DNA from: Zancudomyces culisetae HAW-14-8
Lineage: Eukaryota; Fungi; Kickxellomycota
Direction: 5' to 3'
Length of the DNA: 64,000 nucleotides
Assembly: GCA_052426225.1 (NCBI GenBank)
Contig: JBNJNM010000013.1
Location: 1,860,001-1,924,000 of the forward strand
The notes beneath the pieces are model-generated. The model ran no database searches and was not told the origin of the DNA. It saw only the letters and a program-made list of their open reading frames with translations. Both the position numbers and the translations under genes were made by a program. Shown piece by piece: positions 36,953 to 48,701 of this stretch. Position 1 is the stretch's first letter; each line of letters opens with the position of its first letter.

Positions 36953-37536
36953 TTTTTTTTTCTCATTTTCTCATTTTCATATTTTCCCGATTTTTTTAAT
37001 TTTTTATCCTTTTATTTACTTTTTAATCACATGTACAAAAAAAATAAATAAACATTATTCATCTTTTTTATCAATGTTCCTTTTTCTATACATCCTCTCC
37101 TCTCCCCTCTCCCCTTCTCTTTTCCTCCTACTCCTTCTCCTCTTTTCCTCCTTCTCCTTCTCCCCTTTGTTTTATCTAGTATATTTTATTGGTTAACCAA
37201 AATTAATTGTATTTTATATTTTCATATTTGAAACATAAAAACAAAAAATATCATTGTTAAAATTGGTTTTATATGTGTTTGCAAATGTTGAAAGTTGTTT
37301 CTTTTTTTTTATTTTCTTTTTTTTTGGCTAAAACGTGTGGCTTATCTAATTTTAAAGCACTGTTCTTCCTTTTATATTATACATTTATGCATATATATAA
37401 ATACAATTATTACCATCACAACTATTACCATTACCATTACAACTATTAGTATTCTATTACTATTACACTAAAGAAAAAGAAAAAAGAAAAAATATTTATT
37501 AATTAAATAAAAAAAGTGAAAAAGTGAAAGCGAGAA

Positions 37537-39195
37537 ATGGCAAGTTTTAAATACTAGTAACAATAATAATTATACAAACAGATAAATATGTAATAAACTT
37601 GTATAATAATTTATAACAATAACAATAATAAGATTATTATTATTATTATTTTTTTTTAGGAGCCACAAGCCAAATCAATACTAATAAATGAATTTCCGGA
37701 ATCCAAATTCAACACCAAACACCTAGTTCTCAACCGAACCCGCGCACTCAACGCGCTTGACCGGGAAATGTTGGATACCATCTATGTGTCACTGGACACC
37801 TGGAAGGATGAGCAACGTACACCCACCGTGCTGCTCCTGTCTTCATGTGCGCCACGGGCGTTTTCTGCGGGCGGGGACGTCGTAATGACGCAGAAGCTGG
37901 GTGGTAGGGAAGCCGGGATGTTTTTCCAATACGAGTATGGGATAAACCACTACCTTGCAACGCTACAGGCCAAGATTCCCGTGATTGCCATTATGGATGG
38001 TACGACTCTGGGTGGCGGTGTCGGGATTTCGTTGCATAACCGGTTCCGGGTGTGTACGGAACGTACGTCGTTGGCGATGCCTGAGACACAAATTGGGTTT
38101 ACTCCGGATGTCGGTGTTTCGCATTTTTTGGCTAGTTGTGTCGATGGTGGGTTGCCCTTTGGCGCTTATATGGGACTCACTGGAACCCGCGTACATGGTG
38201 CTGATGTCTTTTACCTTGGTTTTGCCACTCATTACATTCATTCCTCGTTTTTACCCACTCTTATTGATATTCTCTCATCACCCAATCCATCAATTCCTGG
38301 AAGCAATAATGAAAACAATAATGTTGAAGTGTTGGATATTCTAAATCATTATTGTCAACTATCCTTGAATATGAATTCCAAGTCGAATTCGGGTTGTTTT
38401 AGTTTACAATACCCTGCTCGTGTAATGAACATTATTGACCACTGTTTTTCCCAACCCACCGTAGAACTTATTGTTCAATCCTTGCAATCCACCCGTTTGA
38501 ACACCTCTACAAACGACCAGATTGTTCACGATTTCCTGTCACAGACTCTTAAATTACTATACAATATGTCTCCCACATCAATGAAAATTACTTTGGAAGT
38601 ATTACAACGAGCATCCGCAACCCACAACAAACTAGTCGCTGATTCAAGCAGCAGTAGCAGTAGCAGTAGCAATAGTGGTAATAATGGCGGATTCGGATTA
38701 ATCGAGGCACTTGTGGTTGAAGCTAGAGTATGTCCAATGATATGCTTACACTCATCCGATTACAGAACTGGAGTACGACACCTACTAATTGACAAGAAAA
38801 AGGATCGTCCTGTATGGAACCCCGATACTATACAAGAAGTTGATATCTCCAAAATGCGATCGACATTTTTCGACATCAAGGACCCATCCAACTACCTGCC
38901 ATATTGGTTAATCGACCCAGAGACCACAAGGGATGCTCTGAGTGGGTATAATTTATACGCATTGCCTACACAGGCCGAGATTTTGGCAGAGATTCAGGGC
39001 CCCTTTATCAATGCACGCAATCGCGATCATAAACATTTGGTACGTGGCGTTGGGTATGCTGATGTCATTGAGTACTTTGAAAAACTTGGTTCTTCAAACC
39101 CAAGATTTGATATTTATAAGCGGCCTGGACTCATTCAAAAAATCTGGTTTGTATTGAGACGTAATTACTCGGATTCTTTTGATAGTAAATTATAA
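37537..39195 (+). CDS. 3-hydroxyisobutyryl-CoA hydrolase-like (HIBCH/Ehd3 family) with C-terminal PTS1 (predicted exons 37537-37539, 37660-39195)
   Basis: LNRTRALNAL (upstream of the track ATG), RAFSAGGDV, MDGTTLGGGVG, AMPETQIGFTPDVG, SPTSMKITL, GVRHLLIDK..PVWNP; ends in SKL. The first exon is inferred. Confidence 0.9.
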
Positions 39196-39253
39196 AACAT
39201 TTTAAATATTTTAAACACTTTTTTTAAAGAAAAATATATAATTAAAATTAAAA

Positions 39254-42200
39254 TTAAAAGGTAAAGTTTGAATAGTAATGATCAAAAAGTATTCCAACTT
39301 TTGGTAATAAATGAGTTGGTACATTACCAAAACTACTAGATAGTAATAGTGATGATGATGATGGTATTGTTTTTGTTGTTGTATTGGTGTTTTTATTTAC
39401 AACTTGGGGTTTTTGATTAGAGTCCAACTGTAATGATGAGGAAGAATCTTCATAATTTTCTTGTTCTTGTTCTTGTTGAAGAATCATTTTACCAAGATTG
39501 TTGGCTAGTGAGAGGGATATATCGGTTTGTGAAGAAATAGATTTAGTACTACCCATAAACAACAACCTGACATTATTGTTATTTTTGTGATTGTGGGATT
39601 TTGATACTTCCATGCCAACTAATAATTGATCATCAAGTTGTCTTTGGGAATTATCAAATGGACAATAAAGATATTTCAATGAGGATTTGACCTTGCTGGT
39701 ATTTTTGTTAATGCCGCCATAATTAAAAGTGGTTATAAGAGAGAATGGAGCATTTCTTGAATATACAGCAATGAGATTGTTTTCAATAGATTTTGAAGAT
39801 CCACAACTATTACCGAGTAGTACCAAAATGTTTTTACTAGTAATTTCAAGATCCAATATATCACCACTGTTACTGTTACTGTTACTATTAAAAGCAGTTT
39901 GTGGTAATACTAATCTTGTTGGGTTAAGTTTTTCCATATCCAAAATATTAACCAGTTCTAATCTCTGCTTTTCATTACCAAATGAACCTTCCAAACATAC
40001 CAACACATGGGTCAACGAAACAAATCGAATATTTTTTATCACGCCATTATTGCCAACACTATAGTAGAACGAATCCATCAACAACTCGCAATCTACACCT
40101 AGTTGTGTGCTGTCTACAGATACCGAATACAACGAGACTTTGTTGAGATATATTGGTTTGCCATTTGAATTGCTTTGAATAGTATAGTATACCAATAATG
40201 TAGAATTATCAGGGCTACAAGCAAGGTTAATACTAACCAAATCAGTATTATTGTTATTATTTGAAGGAGTTGTAATAGTTGGATCAAATACTCTAATACT
40301 TTTACTGTATACCCAACTCTTTCCATTATCGATACTAGTAAACATTCGAATATACCCATCCTTTCCGACACTTACAACGACTCGATTATCCAAAATTTCC
40401 AATCCAGTCATTAAATTGCCCAAATGAGGATTATCAAATTTACTAGTCATTTCTATTTGCTGTTCTCTTTTGTTGCCGGCTGAAAATACATTTAATTTCC
40501 ATATTTTCATGCTGGTTTTGTTGAATTCCTTGCCCTGTCGATTCTCAAATGTCACCATTATCTGCTTGTTCTCGCTAATTCGCACCAGTTCCAGCTTTGG
40601 TTTGTTCCCTCCTGCTCTTCCTCCTTCCTCTCCTGAGATTGTCGTGTATCCACTAATTACCAACTCTGCAATCTCTTTATCTTTACCTACATCGTATAGC
40701 TGAATTGTTGCATTATCTCTATTAGTATTTACCAATACCATTGATTGATCCCTTCTATCCTTATCATCATCCTTAGCGTTATCATTATCCTTATTTTTAT
40801 TTTTATTCTTATTGCTTTGATTTTCACTACTATTGTTGTTGTTTTCTATAATTAATTGTGGTTTATTATATCCGCTTCCAATTCCAATTCCACTTCCATT
40901 AATACTACTAATTGCTCCAACTACTCGGTTTGCTTCCATCAAATCATAAATGACAATCTTATTATTCGACAAACTTGCCACCAAAAACCGGTTGCTTGAA
41001 CTCAACTCTATTCTCTCAATCTTGCTATTCAACCGCGCCAAAAAGTCCTTGTTGACATTGCTGTTATTGCTGTTACTAACACTGTTCACCAAACTACCCG
41101 CAATCTGCCATATCACTACCACACCTTCTTCACCTCCACTATACAAGTATCGTCCATCACTACTCAACTTCATTGCTCCTACCCCCTGTGCATGCCAATG
41201 CATACTCTTCACAACTGTTGGCTGTTGTGGAATCGCTTCCTGTGCCGTTATCACCATAACATATATCTTGCCCTGTGTATCTGATACTGCTACCATGGTT
41301 GCCCCGCCACTACTTGCAAGTGCTACTTGGTTTATCTTTTTATTTCCTTTACCTTTTCCTTTTCCTGACCACCATTCCACAATCTCATCTCTCTCTTGTT
41401 GATCTCTTTCTTTCTTCATTCTTATTACTTGTACCTTTTCATCTTGTGTAATCACAACCATCACGTTTCCTTTAACTTCCATCTTTAGAACTTTTTGTTC
41501 AAATCGTGCTACTTCTCTCTCTACAACACTATTCTCTTTAACTATATGGAATTTCGATATTATATATACTCTCTTCTCTTGTCCTTGTCCTTGTCCTTGT
41601 CCTTGTCGCATTTTTCCTATATAGTAATATACTGCTCCTCCTCCTGCACCCTCATACTCCTCTGCTTCTTCGTGTACAAACACTGGTTCATATTTTAACT
41701 TTGTCTTTAGTTTCAGTCCTGCCCTTTCTGTTGAATTTTGAACTTTCCCATTCACTAAGCCCAGATCTCGCTCTCGATCTTCGCCCTCATATTCCTGTCT
41801 CTGTCTAAATGTATCATATACTCGAACCTTTTGATCCCTGTAAACTACTACCAACTGTTTTTTGCCTCCTTTAACTTCACGGCTCACTGCTCCCACTATC
41901 CTCTTGTTCTTCCCACTCACCTCACCTTCATTATCACCTCCTCCTTCTCCTTCCTTGATCTCTATTTGACGCTCTCCTATGCTCGCTACCTGATCTCCTG
42001 TCTCCATTGAATATACATCTACCTTATCTTCTCCCTTTCTAACATACATGTACTTTTCATCCCTTGTAATCTGTGGCTTTCCTGTTATTTTGCCTCCAAT
42101 TGTTCTGACTATTCGTAATTTCTCTCCCTCAATACTCTTCTTTTTATTCTTTCCTTTCCCCTTTTCCTTCTCTTTCTCCTTTTCTTTTTCCCTTTTCTCA

Positions 42201-42478
42201 TCAACCTTCGACCCAATAGCAGCATCAATATCAATATCAACTTCCATATCCATATCCATATCCCGATCCCGATCTCGGTTTCGATCTTTCTGCTCTTTTA
42301 CGTGCTGTATTTCTTTAGTCTCTTTTACCGCCTCACTCTTTTGTTTTGTATTATCCGTTGCTTTTATTACAAACCGCTCACCTCCTGCTCCCCCAACCTT
42401 TCTCCTTGCTCTCTCCCGTTTTTTCTTATTGATCGCTTTTTTCTTTAGCTGTTCCTTTGTATCCGGTGCCATTTCCAT
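39254..42478 (-). CDS. UTP17: WD-repeat t-UTP ribosome biogenesis factor Utp17/Nan1/WDR75
   Basis: MHWHAQGV...DGRYLYSGGEEGVVVIWQ...KDFLARL and C-terminal PTHLLP..LF match Nan1/WDR75 hallmarks; many low-complexity insertions. Confidence 0.82.
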   Translation of the reverse strand: MEMAPDTKEQLKKKAINKKKRERARRKVGGAGGERFVIKATDNTKQKSEAVKETKEIQHVKEQKDRNRDRDRDMDMDMEVDIDIDAAIGSKVDEKREKEKEKEKEKGKGKNKKKSIEGEKLRIVRTIGGKITGKPQITRDEKYMYVRKGEDKVDVYSMETGDQVASIGERQIEIKEGEGGGDNEGEVSGKNKRIVGAVSREVKGGKKQLVVVYRDQKVRVYDTFRQRQEYEGEDRERDLGLVNGKVQNSTERAGLKLKTKLKYEPVFVHEEAEEYEGAGGGAVYYYIGKMRQGQGQGQGQEKRVYIISKFHIVKENSVVEREVARFEQKVLKMEVKGNVMVVITQDEKVQVIRMKKERDQQERDEIVEWWSGKGKGKGNKKINQVALASSGGATMVAVSDTQGKIYVMVITAQEAIPQQPTVVKSMHWHAQGVGAMKLSSDGRYLYSGGEEGVVVIWQIAGSLVNSVSNSNNSNVNKDFLARLNSKIERIELSSSNRFLVASLSNNKIVIYDLMEANRVVGAISSINGSGIGIGSGYNKPQLIIENNNNSSENQSNKNKNKNKDNDNAKDDDKDRRDQSMVLVNTNRDNATIQLYDVGKDKEIAELVISGYTTISGEEGGRAGGNKPKLELVRISENKQIMVTFENRQGKEFNKTSMKIWKLNVFSAGNKREQQIEMTSKFDNPHLGNLMTGLEILDNRVVVSVGKDGYIRMFTSIDNGKSWVYSKSIRVFDPTITTPSNNNNNTDLVSINLACSPDNSTLLVYYTIQSNSNGKPIYLNKVSLYSVSVDSTQLGVDCELLMDSFYYSVGNNGVIKNIRFVSLTHVLVCLEGSFGNEKQRLELVNILDMEKLNPTRLVLPQTAFNSNSNSNSGDILDLEITSKNILVLLGNSCGSSKSIENNLIAVYSRNAPFSLITTFNYGGINKNTSKVKSSLKYLYCPFDNSQRQLDDQLLVGMEVSKSHNHKNNNNVRLLFMGSTKSISSQTDISLSLANNLGKMILQQEQEQENYEDSSSSLQLDSNQKPQVVNKNTNTTTKTIPSSSSLLLSSSFGNVPTHLLPKVGILFDHYYSNFTF

Positions 42479-43466
42479 TTGCTTTTTTTATTCTTGTGAT
42501 TTTCTTTTGTGTACCTCTTTTTTATTTATTATCTATATAACTATTTCCTTTATTTAAAAAAAAAAATCTAATTTGTCTTTGCTTTTCTTTGATTATTTAT
42601 TTCTTTGTTCCTACTCTATAATCCTTTCTCTATATACAATTTGCAAATTATAATTTTTGATATTTTCTCTTTTTTTTTTCTTTACAAACAAATCGAAAAA
42701 GTTTAGTATAAAAAAATTTTTTTTTTATATTCATATGTACATACATACTCGTTGTTTAGTGTAAATAAACTATTTACTATATACATAAAAAAATTTTTTT
42801 TATTTTTTTATAGTTTACCTACTTTTCTAGTGGTAAATATAAATATTCATGTTTATTGGCCGAGTTGCTAAGGATCAGAAATCACTTTTTACTTTTTTTC
42901 TTTATTTATTTGCATTATCAATGTATTTTGATATATTTCGATCTATATTCATCTATTAAAATACTAGTGTTACTATTATCACCCCTTTCAAGAAAGAAAA
43001 TAATAATAATAATAATATTCATGTTTTTCTTTTTAGCTGTATTTACAATCCGAGTTTACTATAAACATAAAAACTTTACACTTTTCCTCTCTCTTTCCCT
43101 CCCCCTCCCCACTTTCACATATTTCACTTACATTTATATCATAATTCTTAGTTTATGGGTTATCTTTTTCTTTATTCAAGATATTGAAACTTAATAACAA
43201 TTGTCCTCAAACTTTCTCCTTCTCCTCCTCCTCCTCCTCCCCACCCCACTTCCCTTTTTCATTTCTACTTTACTTACAAAAATTTCTTTGTCATCAACTT
43301 GATTTATTCTGAAGAATATAAAACTAAAATAAAATAAAACTAGTAAACCATTTTTGTTTGCTTTTAGACTATTTTTTTGGTAAACATATAAAAGTAAATT
43401 ATGTATGAATCAAGTAAAATACTCAAAAAGAACGAGATATAATTCTTATTAACCAAAAGATGTTCA

Positions 43467-43841
43467 TCAGATTGGTTCATTTTTTCTTGGCACTTCAAGT
43501 AAATAGCATTCTACACTGCCATCGGGTATACTAGCACATCCAATGCTAGCTGCTACATCTGTAGTTGTAGTACTACCTGGAGGATATTTACTTGTGCATT
43601 CGGCCCATACACCAACCCCCCCTTCAACAACGCTTGCACCAGTGTTTGAATCAATAGTTCCATCAGCACCTTTGTATGGTTTGCAGGCTATCTCTGATGC
43701 AATACCATCCACGTTTATAATAATCTTATGGTTTTCTGATTTTGCATCACTTTTCTCGAGAATAACACCAAATTTTGACTGTGCTGAGTACATAAAACCC
43801 AACCCCAATAATCCCACTGTCCATTTGATGCTTTGAATCAT
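43467..43841 (-). CDS. Small secreted Cys-containing protein (124 aa)
   Basis: ATG at 43841 in AAAAAATG context; signal-like MIQSIKWTVGLLGLGFMYSAQS; 4 Cys; GC-richer than flanks; probable 5'-UTR intron ~43962-43870. Confidence 0.75.
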   Translation of the reverse strand: MIQSIKWTVGLLGLGFMYSAQSKFGVILEKSDAKSENHKIIINVDGIASEIACKPYKGADGTIDSNTGASVVEGGVGVWAECTSKYPPGSTTTTDVAASIGCASIPDGSVECYLLEVPRKNEPI

Positions 43842-45884
43842 TTTTTTTATCCCCGTTATTTTCAAGTTTCTATTTCACAAAATATTCACAAATATATATT
43901 TAGTAAATATCACCAAACTGACCATACATTGTAAGTATAATAAAACATCAAGGATAACCTACTTGTAGAGTGAAAATCGATTTACTGCTGATATAATAAA
44001 TACTTTTTTTCAATTGTATCTTTATTAATAGTTAATATAAACAAGAGCTATGAGAAAAGTTAGATCAAAAGAAGAGAAAAGAAAAGGTGAAAATTAGCTC
44101 TGTACTTATGTGTTTTTCTTGATTAACTTATATTCTTTCTTTTTCGTTGCTTTCCTTAGCTCCTACTTCTTCTATTACCACTTTTCTCATTTCTCACTTT
44201 TCTCACTTCACATCCCACCCCCCAATGCTTTTTTTTTTTCCACTAGGTGCATTTTTATTTTCGGTTTATTGCATATTTGTTTATATGATTCTATATTAGT
44301 CACTTTTAACCTTCAACTTTTCCCGCTTTTCAAAGAACTTTTTTATATTATTTTACCCATACCTTCCTACTTTGTTCACTTTAAAATATCATTTTGAATA
44401 TTACCGGCATATTTGCTGGTTTTTTTTTCTTTTTTTTTCTTTTTTCCAGCACAAACAAAGCTGTAATACTGTAATATTGGTAATATTTATTTGTCCGTTC
44501 CTCTTTCGTCACACACTTTTGTCCATTTTACTCCACTTCTCACTCATTCACCTATTTATCTATTCATCCTCAACTATGTAATATTTATATGCACAATTCT
44601 GCACAAGAGATCAAATACAAAAACTAACGTGTTAAAGCTTGCACTACATTGATAGTTTCACCCAATTTATTTTACCCTCTTATCACTTCCTCCCGTTTCC
44701 TCCTTCTTCCCCAAAAAAAGTATTGGCTTGTATGTACTCTTTTCCTATTTCGATATTTCATTTTGGTAATTTAGACGCAAGGCATTTCTTCAACCCAAAC
44801 TTTGCATACTTTTATACTATGTAAAAAACAAAATTATTTTTTACATATTCCTTTTATGATTCTCCTTTCTAGACTATTTGGGGAATTTTGCTTGTTAGTT
44901 TGTTTTTTATTTTCCACCCTTTACACAACTTTTCTTATTTGTTTGTTTGTTTGTTTGTTTGTTTGTCTTTTTTAGTCAGAATTATCATCTGTTAGAGCTA
45001 TTGCGAGTGTATCTTTCAGTTTATTAACAGCTTTTAATTTTGATTCATCCAACTTTATTGACCATAATAAAATAAAATAAATCAAATGGTGTCCAGTATT
45101 TTTATTTTTTCATTTCATTTTTAGACATATTATGATATATTACTACATTACAATGAAACAGACTGGCCTGGTTTTGTTCTCAATTACCGCTTGCCTATTA
45201 GTTGGAAAAAACTTTGCACCTCTATCTCTATCTCACTCTCCCCACCCCCCACCTCCCAACAGTGGAAAAAATTTTAAAATCATCTTGCACCAATACACCT
45301 TGCTATTCTATCACTTATAACGTTCTTTTTCTCACCCGTTGATTGCCATCTTGATGCCTTAATTCTCAAGATAAAAGATATCCTTAAAAATACTGTAGAA
45401 AAAAAAAAGAGATAGAGAGGATGAATTATACACTCTTTTCGTATACTTGAGCAAGGAGGAGGAGAAGAGATCTTTCTTTTGAGTTCAATTTTTAGACATT
45501 TGGTATTACCAACCATATCAATAGAGAATGGGTCTGTTCATTGTCTGGTATTCTGACATTTCCCAGCACCTTAAAAACAAACATCTACTATTTTAACCCG
45601 TACCTGTGTACCACTGCACAACCACCACATCCATACACTCAGCAATGTTAATTAACATCTATTAATTATCAAATGTACACATTTGGGTTTCTACCATCCT
45701 TACTTTTTTTAAATAAAGCTGAACTGTGTTTATTAGCCAAAGATCGCAAATAAAAGCTATGGGAAAATAAAATAATACTCAAATAAACTACTCGAATCAC
45801 GTTGAGCACCAATGTTGTCAAATCCCTCAAAAAAAAATAAAACAATGTGCCTGTGGTCCATCATTAATTACGAGTTTTTTACTA

Positions 45885-46193
45885 TTAACTTTGAGCTATG
45901 TTACAGCAGAATTCTCCATTTTTATCAGTACATATAATAGGAGTAGGATGAGCAGCCCGATTACATGTATATGTCTTTATACTATTGTCGGCAGTCTCTC
46001 TACACCCAGTTTTAGGATCAGTATTAACCGGATCAGAACATTTAAATACAGTGCTAGCGCCGTTGACATCCAACTTAAGTCTATTAACAGGACCATTAGA
46101 AATCTCTGGGACGCACGAAAATCCGTCTTTAGTTTCTGCGACAACGTGATGGGCTACGCCAACAAGTGCCAATAGATACGAGGCGAATTTCAT
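45885..46193 (-). CDS. Small secreted Cys-rich protein (102 aa, 7 Cys)
   Basis: Signal peptide MKFASYLLALVGVAHHVVA; AAAAATG context; TATAAATA at 46373-46366. Confidence 0.85.
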   Translation of the reverse strand: MKFASYLLALVGVAHHVVAETKDGFSCVPEISNGPVNRLKLDVNGASTVFKCSDPVNTDPKTGCRETADNSIKTYTCNRAAHPTPIICTDKNGEFCCNIAQS

Positions 46194-48318
46194 TTTTGGT
46201 AGTTACAGGTGTTGCTTTTCTCTTTCTTGTTTGCTTGCTTGCTTGATTGCTTGTGATTAGACACCCTTTGGTTCTTCAGAAAATACCTAAATATTTAGAA
46301 GGAATAGTGTTTAGAGAATACTTTTAAAGTACAAGAGGAAAGGAATGGTGGTGCTAAACTGGACGTATTTATAGTGAAAAAGTTACAACTTTTTTTTATT
46401 GTTCACTGTACTTGTAGAAAATACTTTGAATTACTATTATTTGAAATGGGAAGTAGAAAGTGGGAAGAGGGGGGGGGGAGGGGGTATCTTGCCAAAAGAG
46501 TAAGTATCGGATAAAAGCACAAATATTTTTCCGTGAGTACAACATAGACGCAACATACATGCAGCTTCTTGCCTAATTAGAACAGCAAATACTTGTAATA
46601 TTCACCATTGGTGCATTTTCCGACTTTTTTCTCTCTTTTTCTCTTTTTCTCTTTTTCCTTTTCTTTTTTATTTTAAAGTAAAAGAAAAGGAAAGACTTAG
46701 TGTTCTAGTGTGTAGTAATAGTGCATATAAAATAAATTTATCCGTTATTCAAGTTTGAAGAGTAGGAAATAAATGAAAAGAAAAGAAAAGAAAACAAAAA
46801 AACACCAACTCAACAAAATAAACATTTACGCATGTTGGTACCTATTTGTTTTATTTGTGCTTTCTTTTTAATTAATGTCCCAACGCATGTTATAGGAGCC
46901 AAGAGAAGACATTGGTTGATGTATACAGTGTGTATGGCAAACTCATGGAGTATCGTACAGCAAACAGAAAATAGTCATCAACAAATAACCCAGGCATAAG
47001 CCCCCTCCCCCTCCCCCTCCCCCTTCCCCTTCCCCTTCCTTCCCCAAGGTTTTGTATTGTAAACTTAGGAGTGTGATATTTTTTCTTTTTTTCTCTCTGT
47101 TCTACACTCTCTTCTCCCCTCCCTTGCTTCCTTCCTCTCCCTAAAAAAAAAAAAGTAAATTCCATAGTCTGCTTCATCCCCAACCAAACCCAACCTGGTT
47201 TAAACTAACATCGTCCCAATTTGATATATCATCCGAAATTTATTACTCCTAAAGAACTTTCTTTGGACTTTATTTTTTTGATCTTTCTAGTCAGTAGTCC
47301 AATGGATATACTCACACACCTAAAGAAAAAAAAAGAAAAAAAAAAGTACTATTGTACCTATTTTCGGTTATTAACCCACTTTCCCAACAAACAAACTTGC
47401 GCATCGGCTATGTATTCAAATATAAGCTGTATGCATTGTAAAGTCTGTTTGTCATTTACTAACCAAACCAAACCAAACCAAACAAAACAAAACAAAACAA
47501 AACAAATTATTCCTACGTAAATAGTAAGTATTTATCCTTTTTGCATTCCAAAATTGTCATATCCCAACAAAAGTTTTTCTAAAAGTACTTTTTTTACTTT
47601 ATCACTTTCAATTTATCTGTAAATGAAGTTGACACTACTCTGCAGCTTTGTTTTATGTTTTTTGTTTTTTGAAGAGATGGGATGGGATAGTGAGAGAAGA
47701 AGAGAGGAGGAGGGGGGGGAAGAGGAAGAGAGACCCATACTGTATGAATATTTATCTAATTAAGGTATGCCATGCCATCGAGTTAATAAAAATGGTTGGG
47801 GTTGAGTATTTCTTTTAAAAAAGAAAGATGAGGGGAGTGGAGCGGAGGGGATGGTAATTATGGTATTGAGTGAATCACTTCAATAAGCTAAAAATAAGAC
47901 GGGGAAATTATGCGACAAGTGAAACATAAACATTGACGTGTTCTGAAATTCACTGTACACCTAGTGGTTAGGGAGGGGAGAAAGAGGAGGAGGAGGAGGA
48001 GGAGGAGGAGGAGGAGAAGGGGGTCTTCAACATTTCTGGAAGATGGTTAACAACAACAAAGCGAGGGGAGGAGGCGGGGTTCAGAGGTACAAATTCCAAT
48101 ATAATATGCGATTCTATTGATCTAAGGCAGCACCTTTTTGTTAAAAGAGGACATGTGCATTTGGATTATTTCTCTAGCTTTGATGTGTTGGTTGAAGTGA
48201 CGTACTCCCCCTCACAGGTTCGATTTTCAAACATGTTTTGTTATCCATACATCTTTTCACACTCTTGATTTACTTGCCATTGAACAAAAGTATGATTTTA
48301 AATTTATAAGAAGAGGCA

Positions 48319-48374
48319 GGGGCAGGGGCAGGGGCAGGGGCAGGGGCAGGGGCAGGGGCAGGGGAAGGGAGGGG
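48319..48374 (+). repeat. (GGGGCA)7 plus further G-runs, G-quadruplex-capable
   Basis: Directly visible. Confidence 0.9.
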
Positions 48375-48701
48375 ATGAGTTCAATTTTTAAGTGTCATAA
48401 ATCGAAAATGAAATGACAGATTTTTGTTGCTAATTAAAATAAAAATAAAAAATAAATAAAGTTTGGACCATTTACAAAAGCAAGGGACATGGGAACAACA
48501 GCAAAAGGTGTGATTATCAAACCAAATACACATAGTTTATAATTTATAATTTATAAAATAAAAATACCAACATGCATCAGGTACTTGTTGCCCATAAATA
48601 TATCTAGAGATCTAAATTTATAAAGACAAGAGTCGAAAAAGTTTGGGACGATAAATAGAGGAGGGTCCTAGAGACAATTGTATTAGAATAGTATTTCACA
48701 A

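Noticed and set aside
48200-48240. GGTTCGATT B-box-like motif suggesting a tRNA
   Set aside because: No T-stem or acceptor-stem pairing can be built
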